Positions 52,853 to 64,000 of a stretch of DNA of 64,000 bases are shown piece by piece. Source of the DNA: Balanoglossus misakiensis. Its lineage: Eukaryota; Animalia; Hemichordata. The DNA lies in contig CM082587.2 of NCBI GenBank assembly GCA_040954595.2, forward strand, positions 2,509,000 to 2,572,999. The letters run 5' to 3'. The notes beneath the pieces are model-generated. The model saw only the letters and a list, made by a program, of their open reading frames with translations, did no database searches and was not told the origin of the DNA. Both the position numbers and the translations under genes were made by a program. Positions within the stretch are counted from its first letter, which is position 1. Each line of letters begins with the position of its first letter.

Positions 52853-54682
52853 TGAAAAGTTCATGGTCACTACATTTCCTATTCAGCTCAAGCCATTGTA
52901 AAATAAACCCCTTTTCAGTCCTAATTTAAAAATGTTTCTTCGACACGTATTATTCGTTCTTTTGATGGGGTGGATTTCTTTATCACATGTTGTATACCTG
53001 TGATGTCTTCACCCCCACAAAACTATCAAAAAGGACGCAACAAAGGGGCTTATTCTTTGTTTGTACATGTCAATCTTCTTTTAAAATTTTGTGAAATGAA
53101 CATGTCAAGCTTTAAAGTAGTATATGCCTATGTACCTTGAAAGTTTTCCTTTTTCTAATATTGTAGAAAATTTGGTGATGTGTATATTGTGTTTTTTAAT
53201 TGCTATGAGAAAAATCAAATTTGTATTTTAAGTAATTTGATATTTTTTGTTATTAAAAGATGATTTCAATGTTGGTATCCATTGCTTTGTCAAGTTTCAT
53301 TTTTACAGTATTTTTGAACATCAGTATTTAGAAACTTCACCAGCCATTAATAAATTATTGGATATTTTATATTCAAAGATGAGTTTAATGTCAACATCAT
53401 TGCTTTCACAAGTTGTACTTCACAGTATTTTTCAACATCAGCATGATGATTTTTATTTTAATATGTAACTCTGTTGATTATATTGTATATCCTCTTTTGT
53501 TTGTGTTGAAACTTTAAATCCTATATTCAATAAAACAGAATAAAATGAATTATTTGCCATTCAAGAACTTGTCTGTATCATTGTATTCAACCAACACTAT
53601 GTGGATGCTGAGATAATAATCAGCACGGTCAAAATTTGGCCCTGGATTTGAAAACAATCTGTCGTTTGATTTCCCCTCGTCAATCCCCCCCCCCCCCCCC
53701 CCCCAGGTAGATTTGGTCTCTGCCTTCCACTGAAGCTGAGGTGAAAGGTCACCTGTACACGTGGAAACAAATTCTGGTCCCTTATTGACAGTTTTTATGA
53801 ACCACGTCTCTTTTCTAAAGTTGCTGAGAAGTTGAACAGTAGCTAGTCAAAATTTGCCAGAAAATCCAGTGTCCTTCCTGATTGAGCTTGTAACAAGATG
53901 TGGCCTAATTGCTAAAATAAATGTGTAATTGAGGCAGTAATTTGCATACTACGCACTGGAATGACCAAAAATGCCTGCAACATTTAGACGGATTTGATTG
54001 ATACTTGAGATTTGCTCTGGTTGCAAAAACTGAACACAAATTGGCTAAGAAATTTGCATGCCTCATCCACCAAAGTTTAGATGTAGCAATGCTGATGAGC
54101 TGCAGTTTAGTTGCTCGATTTTGCCTTGTGTTGGACAGCAAAACCAGCCTGATTATCCCGATTTTCTGGTTTTTCCGTCAGAACACAAAGCAAGAGAGTA
54201 CCTGCAGAGACATTTAATAACAATATTAACACAAAGAGGAGGAGTACACCTTGTCTGGTCCCCATTTCTCATTCCCACCGCTGGCGGAAGACATCCAGTA
54301 GAGGTAGGTAATTAGCATAATCAAGCTTTTGACATGTGACGTCATTCAGTGGGCGGGAACATGCTAATATTATGTAAATAGTCATTTTCGCAGACGCTTC
54401 CACTGTCGTCACTGGACGCTAGGGGGCGCAGCTAGCTGTGAATATCTCGATGAAAAAGACACGAATAATATTCAAACTTTCGATGTTCTATTTAGTTGCT
54501 CCCAAAAAGACATGTTTATTTATGAGAATATATCATTGGAGGTCTCAAACCACAAAGTTCTCCATTGGTACATTAATATTTGCCACGCATGTAAATATAG
54601 ATATTGGCATGTGCATAAGATGCAGAGTTAAAATATAGAGAAAATTTGACTGAGAAAAGCGATCGTGTGGACTCGTCTTGGC

Positions 54683-57120
54683 TCAATTAACCGTCATCGA
54701 GACCAATATTCTTCGCTCGCAGTCGTAACCAAGCCTTGAATGCCAAGCGTAGACATTGTCGTACGCCAGAACGTCACCCTTTTGCAGTTGAAAGCCCACC
54801 GTCTCTTGCCAAAGAACGTCTCGAATGTGACGGAGGACTTCCGGTTCAATGTCACTGCCGTCGCCATAGTAAACATGGAAGGGGTAGCGGTCATAGGGTA
54901 GATGCTTGTCAGCCCAGAACGGGTGATTTAAACAGTAGGACACGTCATGAGCATTGACTTGATTACACCACACCTTTTCACCTTTAAGGGAATAAGATAA
55001 CATTTAAAGTAACAAATCTTACACACTCATCCAGAAATTTAGTTAGTTAGAGATTTCCGAAGAGGATAATACTTTCCCAAAGGCTAACAATTAAACAATT
55101 TCAAAGCTGCTTTTCAGTGTTGTGGATGTACCGCAATTTATCGACTATTCGACTATCGTATACTTAGGTGCACTTGCCATACTTAACGGTATGTATGGAA
55201 GAGTAATTTACTAGTAATTACTGTTCTTAATACCTGTTATTGGATGGTTTGCAAAGGCTGGATGATAACGCCAAAACTTTAAAGACCCATCAGCCTCCCA
55301 CATGTATTCACAGCCGTTGTCCTTCAAAAAGGATTCCGCTACAGTTACGTCATCCGTAAAAAATGTCTAGATGAAAGAACAGTTAAGCACAATCTGCATG
55401 TTACACTGAAACCAGAAAGCGAGTCCAGTCATGCTTAGAATAATACAATGTTTTCAGTGGTTTTACTTCGTTAAACAATAACGACGCTGTATTATATATA
55501 CATAATGTATTGTCATATACAAAAATATCACTGAGGTCACTCTTAAGATAGATCAATTCGAATCTGGTACTACAAGCACTAAATGCCAAATCAGTCAGCT
55601 AATACTTATACAATTTTGCCGTAAAGATAATGATAGATGACTTTGTTTGTTGCCGTGTATTTGATACCCTGGATTCAAATGCATACATGCTTATTTCCAC
55701 GATCTTTTTATATACATGTACTAGTATCCAATATCGCCGTCAAAATGATCAAACATGCTTAATACTAACGTCTTGCCAGGTTTTGTAAGCATCCTTCACA
55801 ATATTCTTGTTATCGCAATGAGATTGGTATTTCACTCCCAGCTTGTCAAACTTCTTCAGGACGTCTGGATCGAGCCTGCGCATGATGTCTCTGACGTCAG
55901 CGATGCCAGACTCTCCGCCGCAACCTGGTTTGGCAGGTACATCGCAGTAGAAGAATATCTATGGATGAACAACAACAGCATATGTACATGTATTTAGTCA
56001 TTTTTAGTCAGGGGCAAAACATGAAGGTCGAGAATGGGTTCTCCCTTTCGAAAGTAGGCCTATAGTTGGTTAATATTTAAAGCACCTTGTATCCGTACGG
56101 TCTCTATCCATTAATGTGCTATGATAGTTCTATCTTTCCAGCTTTGCAAAAAGGAAAAATAACGGTTAATTGACATGAAAGGGAGAAAGTCGTCAGAATT
56201 GCACGTGTGCGACACTGTTAAAGGAGATCCTGCCAACAAATACATTTTATATCAAAGTAAATTGGAAATGTGATAGAAAGGTACGACGCACTGTTTGCTA
56301 TCTAGCTATAGAGAGACCTAATGAGTTCCACGCGAACAAAAAAATATCGGACTCGCGGATTTGGATATGCGCGACTCCGAGTCGCTCGCCTCAAAAGGAA
56401 TGGCTCGCGGCTATATACTTTCGAGTTTTATTTTGGTTACACCCCAGGCCTGCATTCTAATTTCTAAATTCTAATTGTAAAAATGGACTCTTTATGTTAG
56501 TCGCTGGTATGTCGTTTTACCTTTATTATGTTTCACACAAAGATGTTCTTTTGCGAAAAAATTCTCACCTTCCGTGGATAGTGATCGCAGTACGCCATCT
56601 CGCTGTGAGGTTCAAGTGTGAATACAGACGGTTCGTTGTAAGAAACTGATAAAACCTGGTCGGCAATTTCTTCTCTGTTTGCTCCAGATCCCCCGACGTA
56701 ACTCAAACTCGTGTATCCAAGCCCATTGTAAAACCTGGAGAAGCATTCGGCTCCTCTCAGTGGTAACCCCCTGAAGAGGATCGCGCCGTGGACGTGAAGT
56801 TGGTCGTCAAGTATTTCTCGGCATCTCGCTGACCAGTCATCCAGACCGACCTGCGTCTCCACAGCTTCATACACAGGCGGTCTGTTGTCTTTCGGACTTG
56901 CCATGTATTCGGGCAATTTGTGGCCTTGGATTGACGAACCAGGCAACCATTTTCGACCCGCTATGCGAGCAGTAGTTTGCGGTGGTATTTCCAGTCGTTT
57001 GTGTACCACGAAACCAGCCCGGACGGTCTGCTGTGTGCTGACTGACCTTGACCTAGACAACTTAGAAATATGTCGCAGCCACGGGGCACGAGTCAAATTT
57101 CCTGATCTCAATGAAAACAT
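54683..57120 (-). CDS. TauD/TfdA-family 2OG-Fe(II) dioxygenase, SyrP/DdaC-like, with probable mitochondrial presequence (4 exons)
   Basis: Exons 57120-56569, 55958-55770, 55366-55234, 54981-54683. Motifs HGAILFRG, EPHSEMAY (HxE), IFFYC..P..GGES.IADVR, HPITGEKVWCNQ, GDVLAYDN..WHSR..Y...RRILVSM. Arg/Ser-rich N-terminus without acidic residues. - strand AATAAA near 54514. Confidence 0.9.
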
Positions 57121-57766
57121 AGTCTCTGGGCATGAGAAGTCTTTAATATAAATATGATAGATCACCAGTTTCAACAATGACAAAACGCGCGTGCGCGGAC
57201 TTTGATAATACTGAGAGTGGGGAACTCTGCTCCGTATATAGGCCTATAATATGGGGTGAGATCCTAAAGCGTTAATTTATTGGCTCGTCGTTTTCAGAAG
57301 CACAGCACGGTCATGACGGTATAGCTGTGGTACGCAGCTGTACCGTTGGGGGGGGGGCTGATTACCCCCACCGTGGGGGTGATCAGCCCAGTTGCGTACA
57401 ACAGCTATTTCATCGACAAACAAGTTTGTCCAGGATTCGGAACAAGTTTTGTATTTCAATGAACATTAAAGACAACTTGAATTTTCATTCTTGTGGTGTA
57501 TTCCATTTCCCAATACATAGCTTGACTCCACTAAATCTGTTTGAATGTACAGTAGCGTAGTGTATATGTAAGATATTATCTCTATCGATATTCGGCAAAT
57601 TTGGTGAAGTTCTTCTGGATACGTGACCAAGGCTACTTTGCAAAAATTAATAAACCGAGCTACGTCTTTTGATACCGTCATGGCTATATAATACATATCC
57701 ATAGCACGATAGTTGATATCTTATTTCTGAATTAACGACACGTTTATATGGAAACTTTACCGCTAC

Positions 57767-57885
57767 GTTGCCATGGTACCAGTACATGTACTAGTATATC
57801 GCGACGGACACTCTACTTCACATCAGCGTAGGGGGCGTAGGATACTTACGCTGATGACCTGGGAGTTGACCTTTCTAATAGCAAC
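57767..57885. promoter_or_regulatory. X-box-like (RFX) motifs upstream of the uncharacterised gene
   Basis: GTTGCCATGGTACC 57767-57780, TTTCTAATAGCAAC 57872-57885 and GTAGGGGGCG ~57828-57837, just before the first-exon donor at 57905. Confidence 0.5.
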
Positions 57886-58198
57886 GGACCTCATTACATA
57901 AACAGGTAGGATATATCAATACGCTTTCATAGCACAGGCAAAATATTTACATCCTCTTAATTTATTTTTTTCATGATCATTTAAAGATTGATTCATACTT
58001 CTATACTTTATTAATAATTCTAGCATAGTTGTTACCCATGCATATTTTTGGGGGATCTATTTTTCTACAGCGTACTGTCGTGCAGGACGACCAGCAGTAA
58101 ACTGACAATATGGCGTTGAGGGTAATGTTGTGATGACTGATCGTGATCAGATGGACTGACTTTTCTTGACTTTGGTAATGTAAAGGGAACTCAGGCCA

Positions 58199-61100
58199 AT
58201 GATGATAATGGAAAAGTTTGACACTAGTTCCCCAACCACAAAGCCGTCCAGTATTCGATGGCGAGACCCGAATGTCGAGGAGCAACACGATAACCGATAT
58301 TCACCAAGGGTCCCATCTCATAAACTGTATCGAGAAGACTCAAAACTTACTGACCCATCGGTTGATGTCAACGATCGACAGCCTACCTCGAATGCATATG
58401 ATAACAAGAGACAAAATGGTGTTCCCGAGGATGTTTTTGTTGCCCCGGTTATTTCCCGAGAGACGTCCAAACTCAGGACGCCGGGGTTTAACCCGAGCAG
58501 GAATTCTCTGCGGTCGAGAGCGAGACCAAGGAAATCCTTTGAAGTAAGTTTGTGGTCTGCACTTTGATTTGCTGCAGTACTGTAGCTGGAGGTTTTGTCT
58601 GGTATTTTATGTGGACGGACAAAGACCCCACAATATCAGGCAAAATCTCGAGCTACAGTACTGAAACATCACTTGAACATGATCATTTGAACCTTGATAT
58701 ATTTGTTGTTCAGAAGTTGTCGATGCGGTTTTGTGCAACATACAACATGTATGTGTCGGTAGTTTTATGACCAGTGACATGTTGTATGTGTAATTTATAA
58801 TAACATCCACTTTGATACTGAAATAGTTATCACACCTACATGTGTGACAAACATACATGTACGGCTGTGTATTACTTCCAGCTGTTATTCGCAAGTATTA
58901 CCTGGTAACGCCCACTTTTTTTTTCCAGATGAAAATATGACTGAACCAATCTCTCCTACAGTTTAATTTCAGTCACAAAGTTTGTAAGGGTTGATTAGTT
59001 ATCTGAGACTTTGAATATAGTGGATGTAATTCACCGTTGATGACTAGTAACTTGGGTATTTTCCACAGCAAATAAATTCCTTTCAGCTACTTTTGTATAT
59101 GATCAGCCCCTAGCTTGGATTAGGGCAGCGATTTCTGGCTTATGGAAATTCACCCACTTTACGTACAGTTCTCAAAATGCTTTGGTTTCTAAACACGCCT
59201 CTTTTTGAACTCCATGTGTTATCAGGCGGTGAAAAAACGATCCCCTGTTTGGCAGAATAGGGCATTAATTGGGAAATATTTTCATTGTATTTGATAGGAT
59301 AACACTGTATAAATCTTATGCGATTGACTGAACATGTACAAAATTCCAAAAATGCAGAGTTAAAGTATGTGTGTATTTACTTGTCTGATGTACATGTACA
59401 GAGTCATTGCGTACATTAAACCCGTAGATTTACAATTGGTAATTAATAGTCTTTTCATTAAAATCCTAATTTTTCATCTTACAGCCAACTCCCTTTCTCA
59501 GTGTGGACAATTTACCACCAGGAACTTCAATTCCATCAGGTATGTATGAAGAATCCCTGTGCAACCTCAAGTACATGTAATTAATGTTTGAAATTCTGTC
59601 CACGATGCGTATTTAAATGGAAGTCTGTTCAGGAGAAATAAAATCCACCACCCACCCTCTATCATTACCCGTAGTTAAAACACTTAGTGGTGTGCTCGTG
59701 AATCTGAAACTTCACATAAACAGAAACTGTAAATCCATAAATGCGTAGAGACAGTGCATACTGTGGGATCATGTTGGAAAGATTTTGTTGGGTAAACCTA
59801 GACAGCGTAAATGATATGTTGACCACAAGGCATGATAAATCCCCTTCACATTGCCCAGTGGGGATCTTCCTGGCAAATTTGTGTAAGCCCTACAGCCTGC
59901 ATGTACCATAGATGTATCACTCAGTATGAGCTTTCCTACCACATTCAGCGACACCAAAGTTAACTGCATTTTAATTTAACTTCATTTCTCTACAACTGTT
60001 CAGATCAAGAGAGACCGATACAGACCAGTGGCAAACCACGGAGAAGTCCACGGAGACCAAAACCGACCTACAAGCCGTATTCAGCCGATCCCTATTTCAG
60101 TTATCAGATCGGCAGAGGAGCTGTCTCGCCACCTCGTTCCCCGCGCCTCGGTACCACACCGTCTAACCTGGGACGCATGACACCCATAGAATTCTACAAT
60201 ATTTACAAGTGAGTTGGTTTGCTGTGTCGGTGAAGTGTATGGGTAGAATTAATGCATGCAGAGTTGCTGGCAATGTAGTGGTGATTTGTGGTGTACCTAA
60301 TTCTTGCCATTGTTACCAAGAAGCACAATACATGTTCCTTACAGGTTATAAGCATTTCTCTGCCAGGTTTGGCCAATCGTGTTTTGAGAGCGAAGTGTAA
60401 AAGGGCAAAACTAACAACGAACGCATCCATGGGTGTTGATGTGTCTTGCTTGTGCTTGCCACAAATAATGGTCGCAAAGGAAATTACCTATACAGCTGTT
60501 TGCTGCGAGATAAATTTTATAATGCATTATTTCAATTTGGGTTGAAACTGTAATGTATGTGGTTTAAAGTTGGCCTGGGTTTTTCAGTACAGTGTGCTGT
60601 GTTGTGGAGTTTGTGCATGTTTTGCCGTGGGTGTCTTTTACATGGTGTAACATCTGACTGAGCTACATGTTGTGGCGTGAAGAAGTTCCAACAAGTCATA
60701 CAGCATGTCAATTTTCAGGATATTCTCAGTGCTTGGTGCAAACATGAAACAAATGCTTTACAGTTCTACAGTATATGTCGACTCAGAGTCCATTACAAAT
60801 GTTTAATCACCGATGGTTTGATTGACCACTCTTCAATATTGTCACCGGTCAAATAATTAACAGTTATTAATTAATCCAGCGTGAATTCTGTTTTTGCTGT
60901 GATTATGACAATTAACAAATGATATCTAACATGCTGTATTCTGGGATAAGACAAGATGTTACACACACTAAAACATGGTGCATACATGTACTACACACAC
61001 ATACATACAAACAACAGACCCTGCCCCCGACCCATACCACCATTATGCCCACCCGATCATACATGTAGACGATCCCCCCCCCCCCTAACCACCACCACAC

Positions 61101-63979
61101 TCCAGCACTGCTCACACCATAATCAGTCCACCTCCAGATAATGCATGCGTTTGAGTTTGCTTTTGGATTTTTTTTATCCACACATAAAAAATAAACTCCC
61201 CACACGTACGTAACTCACTGCCACTATTACACCCTCACTCTATAACCAATGTTTCCCCCTCAATAACATCTTTGTTAAATGGTTGTGCCTCTAGGAGAAA
61301 GAAAGGGGAACTAAAGAAAGGCAAGCTGAGATCTCTAAGTCGTGCCTCCAGTCACACCTCGTTAGTATTCAGACTTTAATCACTCCATTAATGCATGCCT
61401 GATTTTTCTCTCTGTGTTTTGCTGTGACTCCTAATTTTCTTCTCCTGAGTGCCTGAAAAGCTAAAGACACTATTTTCTGTTTGTTTTGAATTTGATTGTA
61501 AATTTTCCAATTCACTTCCACTGAGACTATGTTACTTTCTCTTTTTACTCTGACGTAATTTTAACCGTAGCTTTTAAAACAAGTTTTCTTTCAATTGAAG
61601 ATTTCTTTTTGCGTTTCAGAATCTTCATAATATTCTCACAGTTGCCATGGTTTCATTTCATTCCTTCTAATTCACCATATCCCCCACCCCCTCCCACTTG
61701 TTTCACCCCCTCCCCACTCATTAACGTTGCACCTCTGTTTTTCTACAATGGCAGCACCCACAGCAGACACTCCTACAGGTATTCCATTCAAGAATTTATG
61801 ATTTTTTTTGTCGGTTTATCAGTATGTATATTAGAAGGTGTGTCTCTATATCTGTATGTGGTTATTTGTCATGGGAACTAACATGAATTCATACAAGATG
61901 AAAAGTGATTACATTTTGTATCTAGATACATGTATGATGAGAAATTAATCAGCGAATAAACAGTTGCAAAGTGCAAAGGCTTGCATTTGTGTTACGTGTT
62001 GATGTGTCATCTCCTCCATTGCAAGTCTCCATTTGTGGTCATCAGGCAACTTTTCATGATGTCATTTGTACCATGTAGTGCTTTGCTTACAGACCGAAAC
62101 AGCAGTGTGTGTCACCTGTCATGTGAAAGTGATTCTACCAACATCACAACATCCCATGTCTCTCTGACTGTCATCTTTATCTTCTGATTCATTGTGAGAA
62201 GACACCTGTATGATTTGATGATGATTGTATTCATAGATTATTTACTGACTGATGTATAATGTACATGTATGTACATGTATGGTAAGGGATGCCCCTTGCA
62301 ATCATTTTTTCACGATTTGAATGAACCTCATTCTCTTCTAAAGTGAAAGGCAGTCAATTACAGGTAAATAGGGGTTAGAGTATTGTACTACCCATTGTAG
62401 GAGCTCTTGCACCCGAAACATAAGTGACAAGTCCATGATTTATACCTTGGTAAATGTTCACTTTCAGATCTCCCACTACACTAGCCGGGCCACCAACTCT
62501 CTGGTCCCTGGGTAACAGATACTGGCCCAAGCCAGTGCAGTACGCATCTGACAACCCCATCCCACCGCTGTACGCTGCAGACCCAGCCAACAAGCGACCC
62601 AACAACCAAGTTGCACAGCCCTTCAAACATGGACCCGAAGTGTCTGAGGAAAACTTGGCTCCTGTAAGTTGACATGTTCAGATGTGGTTGTTATTAAGGG
62701 ATGTGGATGAGAGATTCTTTGGGCAGACACCAGCATATTTCGTTTATATAGGGGAGCAATTTTTTTCCACTGTTGTATTTTGTTGTTTCAGGATAGAATA
62801 CCATCTCCCAGCCAGGAAATGAAGGAACTGACGGCCATCGGAATCCTGGAAGTGTCCAGAACATTTGCCAGACAGCGGATCCCGGTGACAGTCAAAAAGA
62901 GTGGCCGCCTTCTCAAAGCCAGGTGTGTATTAAACAGTGTTATATGTAAGTCAGAGGAGGGACTGAGTGGACGTCAAAGCAGGTCACTCAATGAGGAACT
63001 GGTGGTTGATAGACTACTACGATGGACTTTGGAACTTGTTGTTAGTTTTAATGTAAAGAGTCAATGGCAGTCAGATGTTTGATCTCGACGACTGTGTGAA
63101 CCAACGATTATGGCATTCTTTCGTGGATGGATTGAGTCTCCCAAAGAGTTGTGAAATCAGTTCTCAAATGCCATTATCGCTAAGCGAGCAGTCACCATGT
63201 CGCATTACATGTAACTGCAAGTTTTTTTGTTCTGTCAGTGCGGCTAGAAAAGCATAGACCAGGGGCACTTCATAACATCTTGGATGGCATTAACCTTTGG
63301 GTTACCAACCCCTCTTGCCTGTACGTGGTTTTGACCACAATAACAGAGTAATGGGGATATGCCAAATAATCGTAGGGTAAACCAAAGGTAAATGTGGCAA
63401 AGGTCACATGGTGTTAGCTACAGAAATTGCAACGTACGCGTATCTTGTGTAGTTCTGTCAATTCCATACCGTCCTGTGTTTCATCACCAGGCTCAAACCA
63501 CTGCAAGATTTCAAAGCGGAAGGACCCACTATTTATCAGTGCCAGGGGGTGGTTGCCCAGAAGAGGGATCACTCGGCCAGTCAGAAACGCATGCAACAGA
63601 GGAAGAAGGAACTCCTGTCTCAGCTGCAGATGAAAGATATCAAGTTTGAGCGTCTGAAAACACAGGAGTCCATTCACAGGACCAGCATAGCCTCGGAGCA
63701 GGACCTGGCTGAAAGAGATCAGGATTTCATGTAAGTTTGTGTCCACCCAAGCATTTGTCTGTACACTGTAGTTTTAGAATGTCACAGGATTTTTCTAGTT
63801 TCAGCTACTTGGACTATAAGAAATTCACATTATCCTTATCTTTTAGGCATGATGAAACTCAAGTGTGGGTCAACCGACTGGCTGGCGAATACCCTCCAGA
63901 AGAGGATGAAATTACCAACAGCAATGGAACTCTGAATGGTGGGAACCAGAACATTCATCCAAACAGCTTAGCCAGTGGT
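58199..63979 (+). CDS. Uncharacterised Pro/Ser/Arg-rich protein, 5' part; continues beyond window
   Basis: Exons 58199-58543, 59485-59539, 60004-60208, 61295-61360, 61755-61778 (microexon), 62468-62663, 62791-62922, 63491-63730, 63847-~63979 splice in frame with GT-AG boundaries. No domain recognised; short coiled-coil-like segment QKRMQQRKKELLSQLQMK. Confidence 0.7.
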
Positions 63980-64000
63980 GTGAGTCTCTCTGAAATCGTG

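Larger units (their letters stand above)
41680..53560 (+). ncRNA. Putative spliced long non-coding RNA spanning the 48-bp array (hypothesis)
   Basis: Eight + strand GTAAG donors (after 41993, 42477, 43112, 43471, 51221, 51498, 51822, 52118) and acceptors at 42298, 42930, 51431, 51677. Exon 51431-51498 has stops in all three frames. AATAAA at ~53529 and ~53539. There is no expression evidence. Confidence 0.35.

Noticed and set aside
41430-54490. Autonomous transposon (RAG-like/Chapaev CAC..GTG ends, Helitron CTAG end, LTR element)
   Set aside because: I found no matching terminal inverted repeats, target-site duplication, PBS/PPT, or transposase/RT/Rep coding sequence.

Overview
Eukaryotic, intron-rich animal DNA, probably a marine invertebrate deuterostome (inferred from gene content, GT-AG introns and frequent TACATGTA). 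I assembled nine spliced protein-coding genes by hand, all with consistent splice phases. They are: a tail-to-tail pair of paralogous orphan mucin-like type-I membrane proteins (471-4235 +, 5937-9208 -); FAM20B (-), head-to-head with a C9orf43/DUF4647-like gene (+); a HAD hydrolase resembling apicomplexan p36 (-); two tandem IPNS/DIOX-type 2OG-Fe(II) oxygenases (-); an LRP-like receptor without LDLa repeats (+); a TauD/SyrP/DdaC-like dioxygenase (-); and an uncharacterised gene running off the right edge (+). About 41.7-54.4 kb is a composite repeat region. It holds a ~6.7 kb array of ~138 48-bp hairpin-forming units with higher-order blocks, bracketed by ~1 kb direct repeats and by many + strand splice signals. 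This may be a spliced repeat-array lncRNA, the best candidate here for an undescribed system, but it is unproven. RFX X-box-like motifs sit at the 5' ends of three genes. All family assignments come from recalled sequence similarity; no searches were run.
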